Part shown: positions 1 to 12,400 of the stretch, in pieces
Layout of the letters: each line of letters begins with the position of its first letter
Position numbering within the stretch: position 1 is the stretch's first letter
Source of the DNA: Catajapyx aquilonaris
Taxonomy: Eukaryota
Direction of reading: 5' to 3'
DNA: 64,000 nt
Assembly: GCA_000934665.2 (NCBI GenBank)
Contig: JYFJ02000322.1
Coordinates: 62,001 to 126,000 of the forward strand
Program-made: the position numbers and the translations under genes
Notes under the pieces: generated by a model
What the model saw: the letters and a program-made list of their open reading frames with translations, nothing else
Databases searched by the model: none
What the model was told of the DNA's origin: nothing

Positions 1-900
1 GTTCCATTCTCAAACCTATCACCCCTCCAAATATTTAATCCTACAATTTAAACTATAGATCCTATAAAATAACCAGCACATGCAAATGATTCCGCACAAT
101 TTTTAGGTCATTTCCAATGGGTTGTTTCAGGCTGACCTTTGACCTGAAAGGCCCTAATATTAGGTTTTTGGTCAGGGGAGAGACCCTACCTCGGTCTCCA
201 TCTGTCGGGTCTCTCGTAATGAGACTGTACAGAGCACAGTACATAGATATACAGTATATATCTCTCGATGTGAGGTAGTATGCCCCGTGGTATGCCCCTA
301 GCCTGGCAGCCAAATGTACTGTAGCAGTCCGCCTGTCCTTGTGGGTAGCGGGGCGGGGGCGGAAAAGGGGGAATATGTAAGGTCAAAGAGACAGGAAGGT
401 GACCAAGCCTACACGAAAATTTGCCTATCTAAAACCGCGTCGAACGATCTGCGCATCTCCAGCACCCACAGCAGAATCGGGTGGGGATTTATTATTTTAT
501 TAATCCATAAAGCAATGCCACGAAACGGTGATGTCGAATGTCCGTCCTGATGACCCCAAGAGGTGACCACTCGCCTACGTCACATTCATACTGATACCAG
601 CCAACTGGGACTGCTACATTTGGCTAGGGGATACTACCTCACATCGAGAGATATATACTGTATATCTATGTACTGTGCTCTGTACAGTCTCATTACGAGA
701 GACCCGACAGATGGAGACCGAGGTAGGGCCTCTCCCCTGACCAAAAACCTAATATTAGGGCCTTTCAGGTCAAAGGTCAGCCTGAAACAATACATTGGAA
801 ATGACCTAAAAATTGTGCCGAATCATTTGCATGTGCTGGTTATTTTATATAGGATCTATAGTTTAAATATTTGGAGGGGTGATAGGTTTGAGAATGGAAC
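1..900. repeat. Large inverted repeat (foldback/TIR-like), truncated by the window start
   Basis: 1-330 is the reverse complement of 608-900 with few substitutions and small indels; spacer 331-607. Confidence 0.9.
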
Positions 901-1232
901 TCCCAGATATAAGGTAAATGCACCCACTTGGGCAGTGGTAGGGTGGGGGCTGGGGATGGCCCACACAAACCTGAATTCTTCAATTTTTGAATGATTAAAT
1001 TTAAGACTTTTTTCTTCGAAAAAAGTGACCGCCCCCTCCCATTAAGCAGGTGTCTTAAAAATTTCCAAAAAATTTTCTCCCCTCCCACCCTTTCCTCCCC
1101 CTCTCCACCCCTCCCCCCCCTCTTCGCTGCTCCTCTGACACCTCTGAAGAAGTGTTTGGGAAACTTCGAAGAAACAGTCGCCATCTTGGCCAGAGATGTC
1201 GGCTGCAAATTTTTTTTTTCTGACTCTCAACC

Positions 1233-1302
1233 ACGGAGATTCGGGATTTGAACCCGCATCTCCCGATTGAGAGTCTGATGCGTTACCACAAAGCCACGCT
1301 CT
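1233..1302 (-). pseudogene. tRNA-derived sequence (SINE head or tRNA pseudogene)
   Basis: Minus strand: TGGCTTTGTGGTAA (A-box/D-arm-like), CT-CTC-AA loop, GGGTTCAAATCCC (T-arm/B box); acceptor and anticodon stems imperfect. Confidence 0.55.
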
Positions 1303-1439
1303 GGTGCAACGAGAGTGTGAGTGTTGGAAGGGTCTAGCCTATTTACCAGATGCACTTCAAAGAGAAATAAATGTGAAATGAGAGATGAAGTTACAGCGGG
1401 AAAGGTCCATAGCGATAAAAAGAAACGACGTCTTTTTTT

Positions 1440-1502
1440 CAGGATTCGATTCTTCAACCTTCAGGTTACGAAGAGAGAGTCTTAACCACTAGACCACTGC
1501 GC
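1440..1502 (-). pseudogene. Second, more degenerate tRNA-like sequence
   Basis: Minus strand: GTGGTCTAGTGGTTAAGAC (D-arm-like) ... ATCGAATCCTG (degenerate T-arm). Confidence 0.4.
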
Positions 1503-3248
1503 TACTTCGATACTGACACTCTCTCCAGCATGTACTTATGGTAAAGAAAATCCAACCACAAGCCACAAAATTCAACAATCACCACAAAATATTTGATTTA
1601 GGTTACATTTTTAAGCCTTATTAGTGTGTTAATAAGTAAAAGAATGTGATAATTTGTGTTTCAGTTATATTCAGTAAAAAAGGCATATTCATTATGCTGT
1701 ATGTTATCAGAAACCATTATTTTCGCGGCTTTTCCAGTTTTCCCCGCCACTTCTTCCACCCTTATCTCCCAGTCTGACATCTTTCTCCAACTGAACCTGC
1801 GTTACTGAGCTAGTCAGGGTGTGACCCGAGGTCAGGGGTCACACAATGTATTGTGCTGTATAAAGCATATACGATATACCTACCAGCTGTGTCCTTCTTT
1901 GCCTTATGGGCTAACAGTAAATCATGTAGATAAGCGTCCAAAAGGCCAAAAATATAATTGCGATTTGTTTTTTTAAAAATGTGATTGCAGCAACTCTTCT
2001 CACTTGCTCTACAAAATGCGTATGAGCACATAACAAAAAATTGAAGCAATTTTACAAGATTGATTGTGTTGTGACCTACGGTTATTTTTATTATTGGAAA
2101 CTAGTGTGTAATTATTGTAACAAGTGATTGCATTCAAATATACTGCAATCTCTCTTATTGTTCTTTACGAGTTTAGAACTGAAACGTAATGCATAATGTA
2201 ACGTGCTATTTCATGATATTAAGACTATCGACGTTGCATCATGCTGGATTGCGCTCCTTGTGAGCCATATAAGCTGATTTTGAGCCAATCATGAATGATA
2301 CATGTCGGAAAAGAGAGAGATTTATCTGGGGTGACCAAGACTTGCATTCACTGGAAGAGAGGATGGAATGACAGAAATCCACTTTATTTCTGGAGCAGCT
2401 TTCCGAACGTCAGATTACCAATGCAAAATGCCCATTTTAGGACCGCGTAACAAAAATAATAAGCTTACCTCAAGCCTCCGGAATACTGTTCAACGATGGT
2501 CAGGCAGAGAATCCTATATATTTTGAACCCATTTCACTCTGCTCCAAAATCTTGACTGGCTAAACCAAACGCTGAAAACGAAAGAGCTGTCTCCAAAAGC
2601 AAACTGTTTAAAAGAGGTCATATTTTTATTGTAACTCCAAAATCTTATCAACATAACAATACATGGAAGTTCTCGTTTTGAAAATCGTTTTTGGACCTTT
2701 CTTTAAATGCGGCAGTTCAACAGCCTAAAATCAAACCGTTGTTGCTCCTTGTGCAGTGCAACCAATATTTTTCACGTCAAAGTTGATGTCACAGACAAGC
2801 TGAGGGTCTACTTTGGTTTGGAGGGAAAAAGAGGGTCAGGATGAAGAGGATGGAGGTTTGTGTTAATGGTTCTGATAACAGTGACAGGTATGTGTGTGTG
2901 TTGAGGGAAAACATTGGGAGGAGCACCTTTTACTTCGTCGTCAATAACAAATTGACTCGTAGGCACATCAACTGCAAATGGAAGGTCTTTGATTGTGTGG
3001 GTTTGGGTTCAAAGAGTGGGTATAACACTTGGCACACTTTGCACCTGACAAGTGGTACCAGCCTGCAAATCCATCTTCGACCATCTTAAAAATTATTCAA
3101 ACGTGTTGTTGTCGCTTACAAAACGTGATGATTTTACAAGCTGGCAGAGCTTCTCAAGGTGCAAAATCATGGCAAGGCGAAGTCTGGATTTCCTTCCATA
3201 TTTTGGGTGGGGATCCAGATATGGTTTGTTTGTAAGTGTCACTCGCAC

Positions 3249-3417
3249 TCACACGTCAATCTGAAAAGAGCTCTCCCGGCTTCTTCCCAGCATAACTCCA
3301 TACTTCTTGGGGACGGCCGAGTGCTTGATTTTGTGATAAGGGTCCATGTCACATTCAGCCTCACTTAGCTCGTGGGAGTCGGAGAACCGAGACGGGGGTT
3401 GGATCCGGTCTCCGAAG
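3249..3417 (-). CDS. Dscam: Dscam terminal coding exon ending FQIDV*
   Basis: cttcag|CTTCGG; FGDRIQPPSRFSDSHELSEAECDMD...ESSFQIDV then TGA at 3251-3249. Confidence 0.9.
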
Positions 3418-6400
3418 CTGAAGAGATAAGGACAGAAAAAATGGGAATGGGGATCAGAATCACTGGCAGACAGGCTATGGATGAAAGTTATGTGATGTAC
3501 AGTAAAGTATTTTTGTCCGTCACGAATGACCACATCAGCCCTTGGCCTATTAATAGGATAGGATAACGGAGAGGTGCCAGGAATGATAGTTGTGTTAATC
3601 TAATAGTCCCTAATAGTCTTTTGCGTATATATAAGAAAGCAGGTTTGGTTGTATGTACAGGTTGGGTTTGGCCAGGTAAGGTTTGGTCCTCCCTTCCATT
3701 GAAGAGGCCGAAAGAGTACCTGAAGGTGGTCTCTTCGGTGTGGCTGGAATACCCACTACTACTCCGCACCTGTCGCTTGCCCACCAGCTGGCCTTTCGTC
3801 TTGCCCTTGCGCGCTGGGAACGCCTTCCGGCTGCTCGACGGAGACGTCTCCGACGACGTCGACGACTGCTCTGATGGTTTGCCCACAGGCTCTGAAACAG
3901 CACAGCTCACAATCAGTATGCGGGTCCTTTCTACTCAGTCATCCGTTACAGTCCGGTTGATACTTCCTTGGGACACAGGAACAAGTGTTATGCAATCGCA
4001 GAGTGGTCTAATGAACAAGTACCCTGGCATTGCCTAATAGCGTCAATGAAAAAGTGGCACCCATGCAGTGGCAATCAATGACAAAAGGAAGTAAAAACCA
4101 GTGACTTTGCAATTGTGCAAAAGCCATCAAATAGAGCATAGTAATGGTAATTTTATTGAAAATTTTCTACCTGAAAATTGAGCCAGCTAGAAAAATTACA
4201 ATTAAAACGCTTTCGCTTTCCAACATCTTCCTGTGGCCCTAATATCAGGAAAAAAATTGCAAATTCACAATATTTTGATATGCGTATTTAATTTGATTGT
4301 CATTGCTTTTCAAGTTTATCTCTCACTATTCTCACTCACATATAGGGTCGGTGCAATACAGCCCTAACCCACCAAATGACACAAATTGAGTTAAGCACAC
4401 TTCCATATACTACACTCATGTATCTAATAAAATCAATTGAAATTGTGCAGTTTCTGTCATCGGTCACTGAGAAATCAAATTAAATAAATCATATGGTATA
4501 TGGCCTCTCAAACTTTCAACTGCACTTTTCTCAAAATCAGGTTTGGGAGGGTTAGGGTAGTATTGCACCGACCCCTTATTATACTCCTCTATTAATAAAA
4601 ATATTGGTGCCCGGAGAAAAATTACAAATTCCGTCCTTATTTCCCAGATTTGCTATTTCATATTATGCAGGGTTGGCAGTAATTTTTTTTTGCATTTGCA
4701 TCAGATGGGGCGATTCCTTGGCATATTCCAAGACTAAAATACTCTACGTAATATTTTGGTAGTTGAACCTTATATTATCCATTCAGTTGCCATTTACCGC
4801 TTGGAATTATATCCTTTCCAGCACACCACACGCAAAGCACTCCTGCTTGAAGGGTACATTGCATGCAGGATAGCTCCCATATTTCCAACGCTAACAATCT
4901 AGAAACTCCATTGACACAGCACGCCGCGGCGTAATTAACTTCGATTTTTGAAAATGATGTAGAGTATTTTGGTCTTACTAGTTAGAATAGGCCAAGGCCC
5001 TGCCTGAAGATGCTATAGATGAGCTATTCACCGTCCTGTAAATGTATGTGTCAGGCTCATTTAGTAAATGCGAAAAATCTGTTCTAGCTGGCATTACTTT
5101 AAATCAAGTACAATGTGACACTCAGAAAGTGACCTGTTGCAACAGCCTCATGAACTCTTTGATATTGCAAAAAAAAACGGTCTAACAATGAGCGGCATGC
5201 TGCTGGGCTTGCATCTGTCATGGACAGTGAATTGCAGCATGGGAGTTTCTCATATTGTAATGCTAATTATTATCAGCCATGAAGCGTGCAGTGTTTACAC
5301 GGCATATTTTAATAGTCATATTTGACTTGCAGCAAAAAAACTACCTTCATTATTGGAAAATGATTTCAATAATATTCTTGGTATACATTCAGTTAGCCAC
5401 AATTTGATACTTTAATAATATACTTGTAGTCGACTTTAGTAAGCACTTTAACGTACTGTGCCAAATGTGTCACTATTTAATATAATTACTCTGGTGAAAC
5501 TCATGTGCCGTTCATATAAATTGGCCTGACACACAGTGCGCATGTTTTTCAAACCGATCGATGGTGAAAACACGAGGAATTAAATGACCCGCTCTTCACA
5601 AGTCAAATAAATACTGAATACTTCGACCTTGTATTATAAACTCCTATCCACACCATTATAAAACTACACTATTAAGTTGGCAACGTCACACTGTCAAATA
5701 TAAGCATATGTTAGATTACACACTACACTATAGCTTCTTATGAACTGTAAAGCATCACATCCTAACTGATAGCATATATACGGACTATCTAATGAACTAT
5801 GAGACACTGGCTACGACAAAAGTGTGTGGATGAACACACATTATGAAGAAGTATTGCTATGATATATGATTTAATCCTGGGATTACCTTGGTGCATGATT
5901 TCAGCGAGGGCCCTGGCCAAGCTGGCCTGGTGGAGGGCAGCTGACCTCCTGTGGGAAGGGCAGCCCTCTGGCTCCAGCCTCCAGTCCTCCCCTCCTCCCA
6001 TCCCCACCACTCCTTCATCATCTCCACCAACACCTCCAATTCCATATCCTCCTCCTCCTCCTACTCCTCCAATTCCTCCAATTACTCCTCCAACTCCTCC
6101 TCCTCCTCCTAAAACTCCCAATCCTCCGACTCCTCTTTCTGCTCCTCGAAGCTCGGGCGCCCACATTTGGAAGAGTGGTAAGAGCCAATCCGTGTCCACA
6201 CCTACCAGGAGGAAGGGAGGAATGGTGGAGGAGGCTGGACCAAAGGCTTGCTCTTCCCACAACTAGTATTTTTTTATTTTGTAATTTATTCATACTTTTT
6301 TGAGCCATGTTTATTAAGGGCCAGCCAACCTAGTTTTTTTTTGCAGCATCATGCAAATTATATAGCAGCTTTCTAGCAGCTTAGCTTGCTCCAAATAAAA

Positions 6401-9400
6401 ATATTCATGCTTGCTATAGCGTTTTTTTTTTCTAGGCTAGTTTATTCTAAAAAAGACTCGTGTGTGCTTTTATCTTATGCTATGCAGTGTGTGTATGCAC
6501 GATCCAATCAGTTTATTTAGAATATAATGTAGGGCTAGAGTCAAAATCTGAGTGATATTTTAAAAATGTTTTAGTAAGAAAGGGAAAATTTACAGTATAA
6601 ATGTTACAAGAATTCGTAGAAACCTCAAGAAATATAACTGATTTTTTCGGAATAAAGAAGCTATGTCTACATCCATAAATGACAGCTTAATAATTACTTC
6701 CATATTCATTAAATTAGTAATTAACTCCAGAGAGCTTAAGTAGATAATTCCTCGGATAATTCTTGGTTATGAGTGTAATCATACGGTAATTTCATGAGAG
6801 GGCAAATGTTACCAATACAATATTCCAAACATTAAATCTAGTAAGTACTATCAAAGGTGTAATATTATAAACTCATATAGTAATAGAGAATATTTGGCAT
6901 TATTGGCATCAACTTTGGCGGTGTACACCTCAGACAATTTTGTGTATACTGTGACATGTAGTACTTCAACTTCAGGTTTCTCAGCACATCAATTGTTTTA
7001 CAGCTCAACATTTTATGTGGCATGATGTTATTATTTTCTTGAAACAACAATACAAAAACGATGTACTTACCACATTTCCACCTACCAGTATGTCATTTAA
7101 ATCTCATTTGCATATTCTTTCATTTGAGTTTAAAGAAGATCCTATATATCATGCACAAAATTGCAATAACTGGCATTGTCATAAAATTGCAGTTTGTTGA
7201 AAGATTAATCGGAAGTTTTAAGTGCAGAATTAAAGCATGCGCTAATACAAAGCTGACGCTTGCGATAATATTGCGCCATGGAATTCCACCTCACTCTGGT
7301 CAATCCACAAAATATCTTCCATATCTAATCTGTTTCGTTATTTTAATAGACCTACGTAGTTAGAAAAAAAATAGTCACACCTTTAGGAATTTTAAGTAGG
7401 TATTAATTATGTAATTCTGCATAAAAATTAATCTCGAGCCAATACATGCATTTCTGCATCTTCTGTATAATGGTTACAAATTTGATTGCACTTATGTATT
7501 TCTCTGGACGGTCAACTTTACATTTTTCACAAACCTTAGCTCATCCTACACGACGAGTACATTTTTTCGAAAGTATAAAACATACTGGTAGGGCAGTGTT
7601 GCACATATTCTGAGGTGAAACTCCACAAAATTCCTTTGCAATGCAACTAGGCAGAGGCAGAAGCAGCAGCAGCAGCAGCGTAGAGTAGAGTATGTATATA
7701 TTTTTTTACATAAAAAGTAAGAAACCAAGAGAAGTTTCCACTGAATGGTATGAGCATCAGACAAACCTCGTCCAGGCCTTTGCCTGAAAGTGACAAGCTC
7801 TTGGGACTTGGCCCCCTGCGCCTCCCTGGCAGAGGGCAGGGGGGACTCGTGAGTGTCTCCCTCCGAGTCACTTCCAAGCGTGTCGTACTCTGAAATAGGC
7901 AGGTGCAGAGTTAGAATCTTCTTCACCTCCGAGTCTGTGCTGCCCAGGTTGTCTGATTCTGGAAGAAGGTGGAATGGAAGAGGGGAAATTGTCATTACCT
8001 CTGTACAAATATTACTCGACCAGCAACAATCCACGCTCATATTTTTATTACCGCACAGGCATGGATGACATGGTGCGGCTGGATTTTTATATGATAGTGC
8101 GAAAGAAAAATTGTGCAATTTTAAAGCATGTGTCCCCAACCATGAGGGCATTTACACACCCAGAGGAAACTGGACTAGGTCTAGACCGAGTCCAGTTTCC
8201 TGCATGTGTAAACTGCCCCACACTGACCACGTGGCGTGATAGTATTAGTAAATAGGCCACATACTCTTGTACTTACTAGTTGCTAGACTCACCTTGGCTC
8301 TCGGAGTGAGGGTCTCTCATGCGAGGTCCTTTCCTTATCACCTTAGAGTATTCCGGTTCTTTCGGATGCCTGAGTTTATAAGTCTCCAAACCAGATGCTT
8401 TAGCATCGTGGTACACAAATGAACCCTGCACCGAATGGTAAGGTCCACTGTACACATTTCCACTGTACATGCTTTCGCTGTAAGACGCTTTGGGTAGCTG
8501 GAAGGTGGCGTACGGGCAAATATCCTCCAAATATTCTAGAAAAATGACAAATCATACAGGTTCAAATACAGGGCGTCCTCTTGGCAGTGTTTTATGGCAG
8601 GGTGCAGTAATTGATTGTGGTGCATATTTGAGGGTCAGACCTGAGGAATCTCCACCCTTGATGACATCAGCCGATGTCTCCTCAGCGACCCTGCTCTGGC
8701 CCGAAGCTCTTCTAACCACCGAGTACTGCTGGTCTCGGTTCTGCTGGTTCTGCATTTGAGCAGTCGATGGAGACTCTCCCATGGGAGCCTGGCTGCTCCT
8801 CTGCTGCTTCCGGACACGAAAGAAGCAAGCCAACGACAACAGTCCTAGCACCGCCAGCAGTGCCACCACTGCCGGCACAACCACCTTCACATTTCGGTAC
8901 AAAGGCACTTCGTAACTCTCTTCTGCCGCACTCAGTTCCGGTGCCACAGTTACTGTTGACCAAAAACACCCCGGATTAGACACAAAGATGCGGAGGATGG
9001 CCAGATGGTAAAACTTACCACCATCAGGAGTGAGCGTGACAAAATAGAATTTGGCAGGGTAGGACCCCGCGTTGTTGTGGGCGGTAACCCTAATCACATA
9101 TCTGGTGGCAGGCCTGAGATGTGCCAGAGTGTACGACCTCTCAGTGGAAGCCACGCTGGACGCAGCCAGCATCCACTCCCCGGCACCACTGCCACCGTCC
9201 CCTCCCCCTCCCCCACCTCCCCCACCACTGTCGTCTGCACTTCCAAGTTCTCTGTACTCCACCTCGAAGTACAACAACTCACAGCCTCCGTCGCCCCAAG
9301 CGTCCAAACGCACTGTGGCAGCAGTCGAATTCACACTCACAACGTTGGTCTTACCAGGAGGTACAGGAACTGTGTGGAATATACAATTGAGGTCATCTTT

Positions 9401-12400
9401 AGTATAAACATGCAAACAAAATTGGGAAAGAGTGATTCGAGTATACTTTTTCTCATTGGGAAGTGGAGAATGAGGCTGACAAGGATTCGATGAGAAAAAG
9501 TATAAAAGTGGACCAATTAAGCAACTGATGAAAATCATGTCACCTGTCCCTTTGGTATGAGCGGTGACGATGTCACTTGGCAGCCCAGTTCCGATCCTGT
9601 TGTATGCAGTGACGTACAGCTGGTATTGCGTTCCGCACCAGAGGTTTTTGAGCAGGTGTGAATCGGCGCTGGATTCGATCTGAAGTTCCTCCCAATCACC
9701 AGACTCTCGTTTGTAGTTGATGATATAACCTGCCGGGATGGAAAGTGACACTCAAAGTTAAACGTAAGAGCTCGTTTTTTTCCTGGCATATGTACCATAG
9801 TTGATCATACCCCACACAGGACTGCTGCTTCCTTTGGTACGACTGTTCCACTTGAGTCGTATGGAATCTGAGTATGAAGCTTGCACTTTTAAGTTCGGAG
9901 GCTCGGGTGGTACTGGAAAATATAATATTGCAAATATTTGCCAAGTGTGGATATTTTTATGGCATGTTCACTTACCTTGTACGGAGACAACGTATGTGAT
10001 GTCATCCTCCCCGTACACGTTGCTGACTTGACACGTGTAGTTTCCCTCATCTGACTGCTGGATATCACGAATTACTAAAAATCCGTTGCTTGCAATCTGC
10101 AGTTAAAAGTTATTATTATTTACAAGACACTTCCAATTATGAAATTTTCACACGTATACCTTTCTCCGAGTATCAGTTTCCAAATTTCGTCCATTATGGC
10201 GCCAAGTGGTCTTGGGCTCGGGGATTCCTACACGACGACATGCCAAAGTTACCTCCTCTTTCCACGGAAGAGCAATGGACCTGCTGAATGATGCGATGCG
10301 ACCAGGAACTGCAATAAAAATATGGCAAAAATTAAGCACGATTGCGTCTCGTACATTTAAGCATGGTGCCAAAGTGTTTGCCGGGCTTCTTTTTCTAGCA
10401 AAAACAATCCCGGCTGAAATAGAGCCAGAAAATAGACTTATGTTATTTACCAGTAGCAGAAGGAGATATTTTGACCACCCGGGTGCTGGATCCTTCTCCA
10501 ATTCGAGTAGATGCCGTGACCCAAAATTCATACTGCTGCTTTTCCTTCAAGCCAACTGCCTCATAAGCTGTGTCTGATGGGTACAGTATCCTCTTGTGTG
10601 TTGCATCCTATCAAAAATAATATTAGTAGTATAAGTCGCATTTTATTTTAGACTTCAACAGCAGGAGACGCACATTTCTGACTTCCCTGCCTCCTTCCAG
10701 GACCCTCATGTACAAGGTGTACTTTTCCAGCTCTCCGTTAGGATGAATCGGAGGTTTCCATGCCACCAGGAGAGCATTTTTAGAGCTGACAAGTGCCTTG
10801 ATGTCTTCTGGCGAACTTGGAACTGTTCGAAAACACCGCATATTGGTACATTGGACGTTATTATGAGCACTTAATAAATTATACCGTCTTCTTCAGTCCT
10901 GCAGAACACTGGAGCACTAGTGACACCCTCTCCTACTGCCGTGAATGACAAGACCGTGACGCTGTAGTTGGCATACTTGTGAAGCCCATGGATTATTGTG
11001 GACTTGGCTTGAGTCACCTTTGTCTCCACCTCTTCCCTCTCTGCAGATAAAGTGAGGTTAAAATTCCCGAAAGCCTGATTTCATAAAATGTAGTAGCTAT
11101 TGGAATCCCCCAAAGTTGAGTCCAGTATACCCACCATACCGTTCTTCGGCAGGGCGATGGGACACCTTGTAGCCTTGGATGACCCCATTCTGCCCTCCCT
11201 GAGGCGGCTCCCTCCACGAAACCTGCAGGCTCTGAGATGTTCTAGCCTCACACGACACTTCCTCCGGAGGTAGACTTGGCACTATTTTTTTGCATAAAAA
11301 ATTCGGGTGTGAAGAACTATTGTTTTGAGCACAATCCATGTTAATTACCGTCTTCAAGAGTAGCGGCAACCACAGGTTCAGAAAAAGGTCCAGGTCCCCT
11401 CCCGTTGAAGGCCTGCACCACGACGCTGTACATCATGAATGCTCTGAGTCCCTGAAGAAGCACCTCACCTCCATACTGGCTACCAACAGTGACTGTACGA
11501 AACTGGTAGTTGACTGATGATCCAGCCTCTCTGAAACCTACGTAGTAACCCAACAGGTTTCCATTCCAAGCGTCTCTTTTTGGTGGCTCCCATCGAACAA
11601 TCAGAGAAGCAGAGCTCTGAGCTTCCAAACGAACTTCTTCTGGAGGTCCACTTGGAACTGGAGGAATTCGCAATTAATTAACAATTAGCCCATTTTGACA
11701 AAATATGAGACTCACCATCCTCCTGAGTTGTGACCTGAATGACCTCGCTGGGATCACTGAAACCTAGTTTATTTTGAGCTAAAAGACGGAAGTGATAGGC
11801 TGAAGCTGGATGGAGTCCTTGAACTGTTGCGGTGGTCTGGGAACCTGGGACGGTCAGCTCCGGAACTCCGGCCTGCCACACGTCTGATGAACAACAAAAC
11901 CACAAAAATTATGCACCACAGCTGCAGGAAATTATGACCCCCAAAAAATGCAATACCTGAAGCAGGTTTGTACTGAATAACGTAGTTAACAATGGGGCTA
12001 TTTCCCGTGTAAGGTTGCGTCCATGACAGCTGAACAGATTGACTCTGCTGTTCACCTGCACGTACGTTCTTTGGTTGTTCAGGTACTTCTGCAATTTAAG
12101 AACAATATTTAGTTGTTGATTTCGGCTATTTGTGATTTGCACTTGCCTTGTACGATGAGCTGGATAGTCATTTCGTCTCTTCCATAAGCGTTGACTGCTG
12201 AACACGAGAAGGTGGCAGTGTCGTGTCTGTCTGTTGGGAAGACGCTGAGTTCGGACACCATACCGTCGTCGATGAGCTGCTCTCGAACCGAGTACCTCCG
12301 GTCCATCTGCTCCTCTATCCTGAGACCTGCCGTGTGCCACGTTATGTCCATCGGAGTGTCTCCCAAGGCGGTACATTGCAGGTGGGATCTCTCACCTTTG

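Noticed and set aside
62..994. Near-identical ORFs 62-313 (-) and 563-994 (+)
   Set aside because: Products of the inverted repeat; no recognisable domain
2250..2410. Short motifs shared in inverted orientation with about 19140-19205 (gagagatttatctgg, ctggagcagct)
   Set aside because: Possibly an old TE family, but the alignment is too patchy to delimit by eye
5859..6266. Plus-strand 135-aa Pro-rich ORF (extensin/formin-like)
   Set aside because: Best explained as the antisense shadow of the Gly-rich block, whose minus-strand splice sites fit Dscam phases; not fully excluded without stranded RNA data
7546..7766. Read-through of the 7767 donor giving a Cys-rich alternative C-terminus
   Set aside because: The Cys run comes from a (CTG)n microsatellite in AT-rich intronic sequence; no supporting evidence
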